Shown: in pieces, positions 19,052-28,691 of the stretch
How positions within the stretch are numbered: position 1 is the stretch's first letter
How the letters are laid out: each line of letters opens with the position of its first letter
NCBI GenBank assembly: GCA_964584125.1
Contig: CAZOYP010000001.1
Span: forward strand, 54,952-118,951
Length of the DNA: 64,000 nucleotides
Reading direction: 5' to 3'
Origin: an uncultured Nitrospinaceae bacterium
Lineage (GTDB): Bacteria > Nitrospinota > Nitrospinia > Nitrospinales > VA-1
The notes under the pieces: model-generated
The model's input: only the letters and a program-made list of their open reading frames with translations
Told to the model about the DNA's origin: nothing
Databases searched by the model: none
Program-made: the position numbers and the translations under genes

Positions 19052-21232
19052 TTAACTCGGTCTAAGAGAAGAAATGATGGGGACTACTAAGGGGTCACCA
19101 ACCGGAATAGAATTGATATCTTTTCCTGGGTTATAACTCGCAAGCAACCAAAATGGGATCGTATATATTTCGTTGCATATATGCCATGCAGTTTCACCCT
19201 TAAGCATGTTTCTAACCAAAAGTTTATCAATCTGATAATTATTAAAAAAGTCTTCCTGAATGCCTTTATGGTATTCCTGCCTTTTTTCTTCAAAAATACC
19301 CGGCTTTATATTGTTAAATGGTACTTTTATTTTAGAATGGACATTTAGTCTTGATCGTTTATTCATTCTGTTTAGTTTTAAAAGTGTTTTTACACTTAGC
19401 TGGCTCCAATCCGCGTAGTGACTTAAGGTTTCATCAAAGTCAACAACAATAATCCCAATTTGTGATGAGCTTAGAGATTTCTTTTTATTAACAAAAGAAA
19501 CTGGAAGAAATGCTGGCCTATCCTTATTAGCTTCATCAACAGACTTAAGATGGGCAAGTTTAATCTTAAAATTTTGGCTAATTGATTTAGATGAATTTTT
19601 CGATTTTTGATTAAGTCTATTATTTTTTAATCTATTATTACTTGAATTAGAAGTGGTTATACTTATATTATCATTCGATAAATTTACCCTAGAAGGGACT
19701 CTTAATAACCAACCAGGAATAATTTGATCTGGATATTTAATTTGATTTAGCTTTATTAGTAGACTTACACTCGTATCAAAACGATTAGCAATTTTTGTTA
19801 GATTATCATTACGACGCACTCTGTAATTAGTTGTTACAATACTATCTAATTTTTTATATCGTTTTGTCTTACGAGCAGGAGAATAAAAAGGTTTCGCTTT
19901 ACTAGGTAAACGCAGAACCTGTCCGATATATATTTTATTCCTATGGTTCAGAGAGTTGTAGGAATAAAGCTTGTCAACCGATGTCCTAAATCTGGTAGCA
20001 ACTCCCGATAATGTATCTCCTCTACGAACGGTATACCACTTTGAACGAATCTGCCTTTTGTGGCGCTCTCTTCCTGGAATAATTTGATAAAAATCTTTTG
20101 TTTGAGGTATTTTATTTTGAGGTGCTTGAAAAGTAAAGTTGCGCGGAATTCGTTTCTGACCAGATATAACAGGACGCCTTAGTGCTGGGTTGTATTTGGA
20201 TATTTCATCACGTGTCATATCAAAACGTGTCATAACACTACTAATGTCGACAAAATCTTTAAATATAATAGAAGATAAATTTAAAGGCTTTTCAAAAATA
20301 ACATTTGGAAAGTATTTCTCCTGATTTTGAACTACATGTAGTGCAGCTAAAAACTCCGCGTAGAAATTTTTTGAGGCAAAACCAAAAGTACGGCTTCTAT
20401 ACCCTTTAATCACGTCGACAATACTGGTGCCATGTCTTTTTTTTGCATTCTTCATTCCTTGTGTACCATGGTTATAAGCTGTGATGGCAAGTGGCCAACT
20501 TTGTAATGCTTCAAAGTTTAATTTTAAAAGTTTTGCCGCGGCAACTGTAGATAAAATAGGATCTCGCCTCTCATCTACATCATAACCAACTTGCATAAAT
20601 AAACGCCCTGTTCCACGGGTAAATTGCCAAATTCCAGCTGCTCCAGCGCTTGAGTAAGCATTAACCTGAAAAGAAGACTCAACATGCGGAAGAATCGCGA
20701 GTTCGAAAGGTAATTTTGCTTCATTAAAAATTTTATGAATTTTGTCTTTATATAAGCCAGAAATTTTAAGACCATTCCTGAATCGATCTTTTTGACCTAT
20801 TTGAACCCTAAGGTTACGCGAGGCCTTTCTAAAATTCGACTTCACTAAGTGATAAACTCTTTTAGCATCTTTACTTAATGAAAGAGGGTTTTTAGATCTG
20901 GATATTTTTAGTAATAAGTTTCTATACTTTCGTTTTACTCGCCCTAACCTACGCTCCCTTGCTCTTCTTGATAATTTTGAACCGTTTTTTATGTAAACAA
21001 CTTCATAAATTATTCCAAGGTTATTTGTATCATGTACTACATAATGGTCCGTAGTGTACTCACTGTAGATTTTCTTCCAAAATTCTACTCTCGGCTCAAG
21101 ACCTACCGGAGTGGAAAAGTGGTAACGCTGTAATGTGTGAACATCTCTATTAAGGCTAGCGTGAGCATAGCTATGAGAAAACAGTGTTAATGAAGAAAAT
21201 AAAAAAACTATTATTTTTAATTTAACTAGCAA
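19052..21232 (-). CDS. mltD: Membrane-bound lytic murein transglycosylase D-like protein (SLT domain + LysM repeats)
   Basis: A signal peptide is present. The SLT catalytic block reads PHVESSFQVNAYSSAGAAGIWQF. Two LysM-like repeats are visible (YTVRRGDTLSGVATRF, YRVRRNDNLTKIANRF). A TTG start follows GGTGAG. Confidence 0.75.
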   Translation of the reverse strand: MLVKLKIIVFLFSSLTLFSHSYAHASLNRDVHTLQRYHFSTPVGLEPRVEFWKKIYSEYTTDHYVVHDTNNLGIIYEVVYIKNGSKLSRRARERRLGRVKRKYRNLLLKISRSKNPLSLSKDAKRVYHLVKSNFRKASRNLRVQIGQKDRFRNGLKISGLYKDKIHKIFNEAKLPFELAILPHVESSFQVNAYSSAGAAGIWQFTRGTGRLFMQVGYDVDERRDPILSTVAAAKLLKLNFEALQSWPLAITAYNHGTQGMKNAKKRHGTSIVDVIKGYRSRTFGFASKNFYAEFLAALHVVQNQEKYFPNVIFEKPLNLSSIIFKDFVDISSVMTRFDMTRDEISKYNPALRRPVISGQKRIPRNFTFQAPQNKIPQTKDFYQIIPGRERHKRQIRSKWYTVRRGDTLSGVATRFRTSVDKLYSYNSLNHRNKIYIGQVLRLPSKAKPFYSPARKTKRYKKLDSIVTTNYRVRRNDNLTKIANRFDTSVSLLIKLNQIKYPDQIIPGWLLRVPSRVNLSNDNISITTSNSSNNRLKNNRLNQKSKNSSKSISQNFKIKLAHLKSVDEANKDRPAFLPVSFVNKKKSLSSSQIGIIVVDFDETLSHYADWSQLSVKTLLKLNRMNKRSRLNVHSKIKVPFNNIKPGIFEEKRQEYHKGIQEDFFNNYQIDKLLVRNMLKGETAWHICNEIYTIPFWLLASYNPGKDINSIPVGDPLVVPIISSLRPS

Positions 21233-21454
21233 ATCTCACCTTTCGACAATAACAATTGTTATTCATTTAATAGTAGTAGACCCAAGTAATGAAAGAAGGC
21301 ACAAGTCACAAAAAAAGGAATTTTAGCGTAACTACTTTAATTTTAAGACGTTATCAGAGTCAAGTCGCCCAGTCAAGAAAATACATAAAATATAAAATCA
21401 CTTTTTATATCTTAAGAGGTAAAGTTTTTTCAAAAAAGTTATAACACATTTGAC

Positions 21455-21745
21455 TTATATGTCTTTTGTCGAATATTCTCCGTTTAGCTTATAGACAAAT
21501 GATAATAACTCGGCTACTACTTGGTATAACTCTGCGGGAATTTCTTTATTTAAATCAACTTGCGAAAGAAGGTGAACCAAGTCTGGATCTTCCTTGATAG
21601 GAATATTATTTTCTTTTGCAAGTGCAATAATTTTTTCAGCAATTTCCCCTCTGCCCTTAGCGGTAACCATGGGCGCTTTATTAGTTTGGCTATCGTACCT
21701 GAGTGATACAGCAGACCTCATTGAATTATTGTCTTTTCCAATCAT
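21455..21745 (-). CDS. Free-standing FlhB C-terminal (FlhB-CC/EscU-YscU-type) domain protein
   Basis: The sequence AVSLRYD...APMVTAKGRGEIAEKIIALAKENNIPIKEDPDLVHLL...EIPAELYQVVAELLSFVY matches the post-NPTH part of FlhB. Its start overlaps the upstream gene's stop by ATGA. Confidence 0.75.
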   Translation of the reverse strand: MIGKDNNSMRSAVSLRYDSQTNKAPMVTAKGRGEIAEKIIALAKENNIPIKEDPDLVHLLSQVDLNKEIPAELYQVVAELLSFVYKLNGEYSTKDI

Positions 21746-23313
21746 GTTGTCAAATCTACCAATCTTTTTTTATCAGCAACCAAAAGCTGATTTAGTTTAT
21801 CACCTAAATTATCCTCAATTTTAGAAACGACACGACATGATACGTTAGCACTGAATCCCAAAGATTCTAATTTTGAGCAAAGATCTTTGAGGTTACAGCT
21901 AATAAATTTAGATATATCCGGGTTTTCAACATCAATTTTGATTGAAATTGATTCTTTTTTCATTTTGACATCAACACGAAGACTCCCTAGCGCAGACATA
22001 TCTAAAAAGAATACAAGGAGAACACCATTATTGTCTTTACTATTAGTGTAGCCCTCATCATCAATGCCCCTCAAATAAAGGTTAATAGTTTTTCCAATTA
22101 TAAAAGGATCAGGAATCTGTAATACAATGGGTTGTCCTTCATGGCGAGCAAACTGATTAGTAAGTTGATTTAATTCAATATTATCTACTGCCCGGCGAAC
22201 AATATTAATTACCTTCATTAACTGGTGTCTCTGGTTTGGCACAATATGTTGTTCATCAAGCCTGGCTTCTAATTTATTAACTATCTTTAATAGTTGCCCC
22301 TTTAGATCAGTATTTATATTTTTTAGCACACCGGCGTTTTTTTCAACTTGGAGAAAATTTTTTACTTTAGCCTCGTAATTTATTCCTGACAAATGTATTT
22401 GTTCTTTAAGTTGTGCATGATCTGGAACTGGATGGTTATTGGCTAATTGTTTAAAATTATATAAATCAATTGTTTTGGAAAGTTGTTTAATTAAATTGCT
22501 CTCAATGCCTAGGTTTTTAAAAGAATCAGAGGAATTAAACAGAAAGTTTAATTTTTGAATCATCTCGCTAAAAGCTTGTTTAAAGGGTAACAAGGCTTTA
22601 ACATTAATAAAATTAATTGGCTGAGAAGGTTTTTTAGGTTGGGCGACAAGCCGATATCCATCATCATAGGGAGTGAATACAAAGCTAGCAATTTCCCCCA
22701 CTTTTGGTACTGCAGAAGGGAAATGGGCATTTATCAGCTTATCCATAATTTTGATAACCGCAGTATTTTTTTTAGAATCATCGATTATCGTAGCTTTTAT
22801 CTCTTGCTTTGGCAGAAGATTCATACTCTCAATTTGACTGAGCGAAACTTTATTTAAAATAACATCTTTGGGAATAAAAATATTTGCCGGAAGTTTACTA
22901 TCAAATTTATTGGAATTTTTAATAGACTCTGGGTTGGCTCCTTGCGCAACAACAGGTTTAGATAGTTTTTTACTAGACAAGTAAGTTTTATCCTCAAAAA
23001 TGGATGGCGTTGAAATTGGAGAAGACGATAGCATTTTAAACTCTAAAGCTGAGCCTGTGGAAGTCTTCTTTACTTGAGCAGAAAATGAATGCCCAGGTTT
23101 TAAAGCATGCTGAGTTTCAACTATTATTCGCTTATTAGATATTTTTAGAATAGCTCTATTTTTCTCTGGCAATGACTCTAAAACAGTTGCCTTAAATAGT
23201 ATCCCTGGCCTAAGAAATTTTTCTAAGTTATGCCGAAAATCGGACACTCCATCTACTGAGATCAGTTTTAATAAATTTTCCGGCAAACTATTAGGAACCA
23301 ACTCAACCTCCAT
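21742..23313 (-). CDS. FliK-like (flagellar hook-length control C-terminal domain-like) protein
   Basis: The C-terminal block LLVFFLDMSALGSLRVDVKMKKESISIKIDVENPDISKFISCNLKDLCSKLESLGF follows the Flg_hook pattern. The N-terminus is unrecognisable. Confidence 0.45.
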   Translation of the reverse strand: MEVELVPNSLPENLLKLISVDGVSDFRHNLEKFLRPGILFKATVLESLPEKNRAILKISNKRIIVETQHALKPGHSFSAQVKKTSTGSALEFKMLSSSPISTPSIFEDKTYLSSKKLSKPVVAQGANPESIKNSNKFDSKLPANIFIPKDVILNKVSLSQIESMNLLPKQEIKATIIDDSKKNTAVIKIMDKLINAHFPSAVPKVGEIASFVFTPYDDGYRLVAQPKKPSQPINFINVKALLPFKQAFSEMIQKLNFLFNSSDSFKNLGIESNLIKQLSKTIDLYNFKQLANNHPVPDHAQLKEQIHLSGINYEAKVKNFLQVEKNAGVLKNINTDLKGQLLKIVNKLEARLDEQHIVPNQRHQLMKVINIVRRAVDNIELNQLTNQFARHEGQPIVLQIPDPFIIGKTINLYLRGIDDEGYTNSKDNNGVLLVFFLDMSALGSLRVDVKMKKESISIKIDVENPDISKFISCNLKDLCSKLESLGFSANVSCRVVSKIEDNLGDKLNQLLVADKKRLVDLTT

Positions 23314-23375
23314 TCGATAAATAAAAAGGACTTGAGGTATGAAAAATAAAGCATCTTATAGGGTGCGAATTTTTT

Positions 23376-23717
23376 TTAAACGGTAAGGTTAATTTTCTGT
23401 CCCTGATGAGAAATATTATTAAAAATATTTTCTTGAATAGAAAATGAGTGGGGTGTCTCAAAGTCATTAGTTTGCTCTGGTTTCTTTCTAATCCTTATCT
23501 CGCGTCTTCGTTTGCCTTCAGATTCGGTTTGGTTTGAGTTTTCTAATTTCTCAGGTTCCTGAACTTCAACTTGTTTTAATTCATTGGCAACAATTTGATC
23601 ATCTTGAATTTGTTGAGCAGTAGTTGAAGGAAGATGCTGAACTGTATGTTGTAATTTTTCCGCAACGGTTCCCATTTGAAGGATTTGCTGCGTATTTATA
23701 GTTCCTGTTGTTGGCAT
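23376..23717 (-). CDS. Hypothetical Q/E-rich protein
   Basis: At 113 aa it lies co-directional between the fliL-like and fliK-like genes. It is low-complexity and charged, with no recognised motif. Confidence 0.45.
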   Translation of the reverse strand: MPTTGTINTQQILQMGTVAEKLQHTVQHLPSTTAQQIQDDQIVANELKQVEVQEPEKLENSNQTESEGKRRREIRIRKKPEQTNDFETPHSFSIQENIFNNISHQGQKINLTV

Positions 23718-23833
23718 GGCAGAATGATTAATGGTTGAAAATTAACCATTTAAATATAGCTCAACAACATCCATTGTCAAGGGCCCAAATCATCAATTAA
23801 ATACCTTATTACCTTTACGGCAAAAGAAAAAAG

Positions 23834-24436
23834 CTACTTAATAATAAATTCTGAGAAAAAAACATCTTTAACAACACCCGTACCAACTGGTAAAAGTTCG
23901 TTAACCTTGGTCATAATTCTTTTTTTAACACGTTCCTTAGTAGATTTTGTTTTTGTGGTGAGGTTTATATAGTTTTCATTAAGTAGGATGTTAAAAATTC
24001 TTTTTCGAATACTAGGAAGATTTTTAGAAATTTCAGTGCCCAATGCCCCATTGCTCATGCTAAAACTTGGGGTGGCTAGAAGAAAATGACCCGAATTTTC
24101 TTTATTTTTTAATTTGATTGGAAAAAAAAACGACTTAAGAGGATACATGTGTACTCTTTCAAAATTTGGCTGAAGTGATTCACTAACAGGTTCATTCGCC
24201 GCTATATCTTCTGTACCGGAATCACCCCCATCCTCTTCTACAATATCGACTTTAGCATCGTCACCAGAGAGAAAAAAATATGCTGCTCCACCAACAAGCA
24301 AAAGAAGAACCAAAGCCCCTCCTCCTACCATCATCATCAATTTTTTATCCGATTTGATCCTAGCAATTAGACCGGTATCTTCACCGTCCGTTTTCGTTTT
24401 GTCATTTTCCGCAGTTGCTTGATCTTCTTCAGCCAT
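23834..24436 (-). CDS. fliL: FliL-like flagellar basal-body-associated protein
   Basis: It has a single TM segment (LMMMVGGGALVLLLLVGGAAYFF). The C-terminal FliL pattern is present (YPLKSFFFPIKL...LPSIRKRIFNIL...VKDVFFSEFIIK). Confidence 0.6.
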   Translation of the reverse strand: MAEEDQATAENDKTKTDGEDTGLIARIKSDKKLMMMVGGGALVLLLLVGGAAYFFLSGDDAKVDIVEEDGGDSGTEDIAANEPVSESLQPNFERVHMYPLKSFFFPIKLKNKENSGHFLLATPSFSMSNGALGTEISKNLPSIRKRIFNILLNENYINLTTKTKSTKERVKKRIMTKVNELLPVGTGVVKDVFFSEFIIK

Positions 24437-24453
24437 ATTTTTTAACCCTTAAA

Positions 24454-25071
24454 CTAAACTTTATTCTTAGAAAAGCTCTTTAAATCTAGATACAACTTAT
24501 GAACTTGGTGCTTTAATTGTTCTCTACCAGTTGTGTTATACAAAACATAATCGGCATAATTCAATTTTTGCGCTAGTGGCATTTGTATTTTAAGACGTTT
24601 TTCAACCGAAGTTGAGGATTCTCCGTCACGGCAAATCACCCGTTCAATTTGAAGTTCTTGAGTACTCTGAACAACTATAACTTTATCTACATTTTTATAA
24701 TTATTTGATTCAATCAGTAAGGCAGAATCAATAATGACAACCGCTGTAGGATCATTCTTTTGATGTTCAAAATATATTTTTTTTTCTTCTGCGATTACAC
24801 GGTGATGCAAAATAGCCTCTAAGGTTTTTCTTTTGCTATTACAATGAAAAATCTCAGCTGCCAATTTTGATCTATCCAAAGTATTATCAGAACGCAAATA
24901 CTCAACGCCAAACTGATTAACTATTTCTTCCCAGGCAGGCTCATAAGGAGCAACAAGTCGTCTACAAATTAAATCAGCATGAATCACCTGTGCCCCTAAC
25001 TCGTCAAAGTAAGATGCAGCAAGAGACTTACCTGACCCTATACTTCCTGTCAACCCAACTAAAATAGACAT
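24454..25071 (-). CDS. coaE: Dephospho-CoA kinase
   Basis: It has the P-loop GLTGSIGSGKS and family-typical length and layout. Confidence 0.88.
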   Translation of the reverse strand: MSILVGLTGSIGSGKSLAASYFDELGAQVIHADLICRRLVAPYEPAWEEIVNQFGVEYLRSDNTLDRSKLAAEIFHCNSKRKTLEAILHHRVIAEEKKIYFEHQKNDPTAVVIIDSALLIESNNYKNVDKVIVVQSTQELQIERVICRDGESSTSVEKRLKIQMPLAQKLNYADYVLYNTTGREQLKHQVHKLYLDLKSFSKNKV

Positions 25072-25083
25072 AAAAACTCCTTA

Positions 25084-25941
25084 TCATTCGAAGCGTTCTA
25101 TAAAGTTCTCATATAAGGAAATCAAACCTTGAGTAATCGGGCCAGGTTTTCCGTCACCAATTATTTTTTCATCCAAGCGAGTAACTGGCATAAGGTGTTT
25201 TACAGAACCTGTTAAAAATATTTCATCTACATTGTCTAATATTTCAACTGGCCAGCAACCTTCTTCGATTCTAAGTCCGCTTTCGTGACCTAATCGAATA
25301 ACCACCTTTCTTGTAATTCCGGCTAATATTCCACAATCAAGGGAAGGTGTAAAAAGACCCCCGTCTCGCACAAAAAAGAAATTACTTGTTGTACTTTCAG
25401 TTAGATGGCCAAGAGAATTCAACATCAGTGCATCATGAGCACCAAGTCTCCCTGACTCTATTTTAGCAAGTACATTATTTAGATAATTACCCGTTTTAAT
25501 ACCAGGGTTAAGGGCATTTTTAGAGTTTCTTTGAACGCTTACAATGGCTAGATGAATACCATTTTCATATAATTCAGGGGGATATATATGAGCTGGTGTA
25601 ACATAAATAAGAACGAGTGGCGAGTGACATGTTAATGGGTCAATATTAACATCACCTAGCCCACGTGTAACTACAATGCGAATATAGGATTCTGAATTTT
25701 CTGCATCAGCAAGAGTCAAATTGATCTGCTCCTTAAACCAAGAGGTACTATACGGAATAGTAAGCGCAATTCCCTTCGCAGATTGATGCAATCGGTTTAA
25801 ATGTTCATCAAGAAAACATGGGCGATTTTTTCTAGTATTAATAACTTCATAAATACTATCTCCAAACAAAAAACCATGATCAAAGACTGAAACACTAGCA
25901 TCTTCTTTTATTAACCCGTTAATATTAATGCGTGTATTCAT
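25084..25941 (-). CDS. Class IV (fold type IV) aminotransferase, IlvE/PabC-type
   Basis: At 285 aa it carries FGDSIYEV, TESTTSNFFFV and LAGITR. Sequence alone does not separate IlvE, D-aminotransferase and ADC lyase. Confidence 0.7.
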   Translation of the reverse strand: MNTRININGLIKEDASVSVFDHGFLFGDSIYEVINTRKNRPCFLDEHLNRLHQSAKGIALTIPYSTSWFKEQINLTLADAENSESYIRIVVTRGLGDVNIDPLTCHSPLVLIYVTPAHIYPPELYENGIHLAIVSVQRNSKNALNPGIKTGNYLNNVLAKIESGRLGAHDALMLNSLGHLTESTTSNFFFVRDGGLFTPSLDCGILAGITRKVVIRLGHESGLRIEEGCWPVEILDNVDEIFLTGSVKHLMPVTRLDEKIIGDGKPGPITQGLISLYENFIERFE

Positions 25942-25967
25942 AAAAACTAATCACTAAAAGATAAAAT

Positions 25968-26702
25968 TTATTGATTTGAAAAAGATTCTATAAGGTCATT
26001 TAATTTACTCTTATCTTCTTTTGTATAATTTTCCATAACACCTTCTTTTGGACTTTTATTCTCCCTATTCTGTATCGTATCCAATAATTCATCCTTTTTA
26101 TTTTTTATTTGCTCAGTAATTTCATCAAGGTCACCCATTTTTTTTATTTGTTTTTGAATTTCATTAACTGTTATATCTGGAGAAAGGTCTATAAATTTAT
26201 TTCCATAGGACTCTTGACCAACTAAAGAAATAATTTTCTCTATATAAGGAGTAATAATAGAACCTTGAGTAACCTTTTCATAACCACCACGAAACAAACT
26301 TAGAGGGAACATTATGATAGCTATAATGACAAGCCCCTTAAGTGAACCAAGCAATCCACCTACGATTCGATCGGGAAAAGACATAACAATATTTCCATCC
26401 ACACCTTTCCTAATTAGTCTTCCAATTAAATCAAAAACAATTTTAACTATGAAAAAAATAAACAGTGCTACTAAAATTTTAATAACAATAAAAGCGACTG
26501 TGAATTCGGATAAGCGGGACATGATTTCTTGAGAAATCATCGACTGAAGATTGATTGAAAACTCTTCGTGATAGTCTACAGCTAAAACATAACCAACAAA
26601 ATACCCAAGAAAAGAAAACACTTCCCTAACCATTCCTTTATAGAAAGAAAATAAAAAACAAATACCGACAACAAATATGATGATAAAATCAAAAATACTC
26701 AT
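25968..26702 (-). CDS. cvpA: CvpA-family membrane protein
   Basis: The N-terminus FDFIIIFVVGICFLFSFYKGMVREVFSFLGY matches the family, and multiple TM helices are present. Confidence 0.7.
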   Translation of the reverse strand: MSIFDFIIIFVVGICFLFSFYKGMVREVFSFLGYFVGYVLAVDYHEEFSINLQSMISQEIMSRLSEFTVAFIVIKILVALFIFFIVKIVFDLIGRLIRKGVDGNIVMSFPDRIVGGLLGSLKGLVIIAIIMFPLSLFRGGYEKVTQGSIITPYIEKIISLVGQESYGNKFIDLSPDITVNEIQKQIKKMGDLDEITEQIKNKKDELLDTIQNRENKSPKEGVMENYTKEDKSKLNDLIESFSNQ

Positions 26703-26755
26703 ATTGAATACACCTTCATAATCATTTCTGTATCAGGCTATCGACCAAGACCACC

Positions 26756-27289
26756 TTACATATTTTTAATGATATAATTTTCGTAAATATTGCTAAATGT
26801 TGGTGTGAACATATCGGGGTTATTTAGCATTAATCCCTTTATTTCAAACAAACCAAAATATCTGCCCTCAGAAATCTCAGTTTTGTTAATACAAATTTTT
26901 TTATCGGTAATACATTTATAAACCCGAATATGCTCCCAAAATGTTTTAATTTGTGCTGGAATAGACATAACTTCAATTAACTTGACATCTGAAATATTTA
27001 ATTCTTCATCAACCTCTCGTTTAGCACATTTATGGTAATTTTCTCCTGATTCAACATGCCCTGCAGCAGAAGAATCCCAAAGTCCAGGACTTTCATCCTT
27101 TGTCATAGCTCTCCTTTGCAGAAACAAACTCCCAAAAGTGTTAAAAACCAATACATGACTTGATCTATGCATTAAACCTTTAGAGTGGACTTGAGCACGG
27201 GTAGCTATGCCAATAATTAGGTCGTCTGCATCAACAACATCAAATATTTCATCACTTTGGTTTATACTCACTTGATCAGATTTTGGCAT
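26756..27289 (-). CDS. NUDIX hydrolase
   Basis: It has the Nudix box GHVESGENYHKCAKREVDEELNI. Confidence 0.8.
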   Translation of the reverse strand: MPKSDQVSINQSDEIFDVVDADDLIIGIATRAQVHSKGLMHRSSHVLVFNTFGSLFLQRRAMTKDESPGLWDSSAAGHVESGENYHKCAKREVDEELNISDVKLIEVMSIPAQIKTFWEHIRVYKCITDKKICINKTEISEGRYFGLFEIKGLMLNNPDMFTPTFSNIYENYIIKNM

Positions 27290-27301
27290 AAGGCCTTAAA
27301 A

Positions 27302-28627
27302 CTAAGATTTTTGATATTCACGTAGATAAGAAAGCCTGGGTGGGATTTCACCTTTTTCACAATAGTTATGTTTTGCAAGGAGCTTAAGGTCATCAATAAC
27401 TCTTTTATCTCCCTCAAAAATTATTGTTTGATAGCCTTTATCAGCAATTATTCCTCCTACTTGCAAAAGACTCATAACCGACTTAGCATTAAATTTTTCT
27501 CCATCCACTATCACAGACAATTCTAAGTCTTTAAATTGCCTTCCAATAATAGATATCAGTGTAGAGGGGCGAGCATGAAAACCCAAAGGTTTTGGGACAG
27601 GCAATTCTACCTTAACTATTTTAGTAAAATGTTTTAATATTTCATCTGCCAATATATTTCCTTCATTGATGAAATACTGACTATAATAAAAACCAAAATT
27701 AATGATTTTATCCAAAAGAACATCTTTGTTAACTATCATAGAAATTCTAGTTCTATTTTCACCAGGCCGAATCTCATCTTCATGCCGCTCATAAAAGTGA
27801 GCTAACCACAAAGAGATCTCAAGCAGATGCAAAGGCATAGACACATAACCGCGTAACACTTTCAGGTCTTGGTATGCAACTTCAATTCTTGTGTTTTTAA
27901 TATGTGTGTCAAAATCAGACTGAATGTTATGAATTAAGTTTTTATGCATACGAGCTCGTTTTTCATTATATTTCTTTAACACGGCCAACTTCAATTCATT
28001 CTTATTTTTTAATTGAGAGATCTTAGAATCATTCATTAATCTCGAAATGTGCTTAATTTTTTCACATATTTCGATCACGTGCTCGCCTTCATCCCTAACT
28101 TGATCCTCAGCAATGTTTCTAGGCAACCTCGTATTGGATTCAATCTCAGTAAACTCAATCTGATTATCAATATCAATAGTGATATTTAAGCCGTTTGCAT
28201 CCGCTGTTGAACATAACTCTTTGAGTAAATCAAGGATAGAACTATTGAGAAATCCTAAAACAGCTAAAGAAGAATTTTTAAACTCATCTTGTTTTTGTTC
28301 TGATTCCCTCAAATTATAATAAGGGTATCGATCTAAAATGTGGCGAGTAAAAAAAGCCGCAATTGCCAAGTTCCTTATTGAGGCAAGACATTCAACAAAA
28401 AAACTCCATTTTTTATTTTCCCGCGCTCCATATTGGTCCATGAAGTTTTCTAAACACTCTGCTTCCTGAGTAAGATTCGAGTAAAATTTTCTGGAAATTT
28501 CTTTTTTTTCATCAGCTCTACGTTTAAACAAAAAGAAAACGTTCAAAAATTGCTCGCATGGAGACTTAGCCAAAATAAGAAAATCTTCCTCAGATATAAT
28601 TTGAGTTAAGGATTTAGGTTCAACCAT
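27302..28627 (-). CDS. Fusion protein: ~340-aa unknown helical N-terminal region + C-terminal HPr (PTS phosphocarrier) domain
   Basis: The C-terminal ~90 aa align with HPr: PLGFHARPSTLI (His15 site) and FNAKSVMSLLQVG (Ser46 region). I recognise nothing in the N-terminal region. Confidence 0.65.
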   Translation of the reverse strand: MVEPKSLTQIISEEDFLILAKSPCEQFLNVFFLFKRRADEKKEISRKFYSNLTQEAECLENFMDQYGARENKKWSFFVECLASIRNLAIAAFFTRHILDRYPYYNLRESEQKQDEFKNSSLAVLGFLNSSILDLLKELCSTADANGLNITIDIDNQIEFTEIESNTRLPRNIAEDQVRDEGEHVIEICEKIKHISRLMNDSKISQLKNKNELKLAVLKKYNEKRARMHKNLIHNIQSDFDTHIKNTRIEVAYQDLKVLRGYVSMPLHLLEISLWLAHFYERHEDEIRPGENRTRISMIVNKDVLLDKIINFGFYYSQYFINEGNILADEILKHFTKIVKVELPVPKPLGFHARPSTLISIIGRQFKDLELSVIVDGEKFNAKSVMSLLQVGGIIADKGYQTIIFEGDKRVIDDLKLLAKHNYCEKGEIPPRLSYLREYQKS

Positions 28628-28691
28628 AATATCTATTAATACTATTATTCATAAAGGGATAAGTACTTATAGCAAGAGCTAAAAGAAAAAA

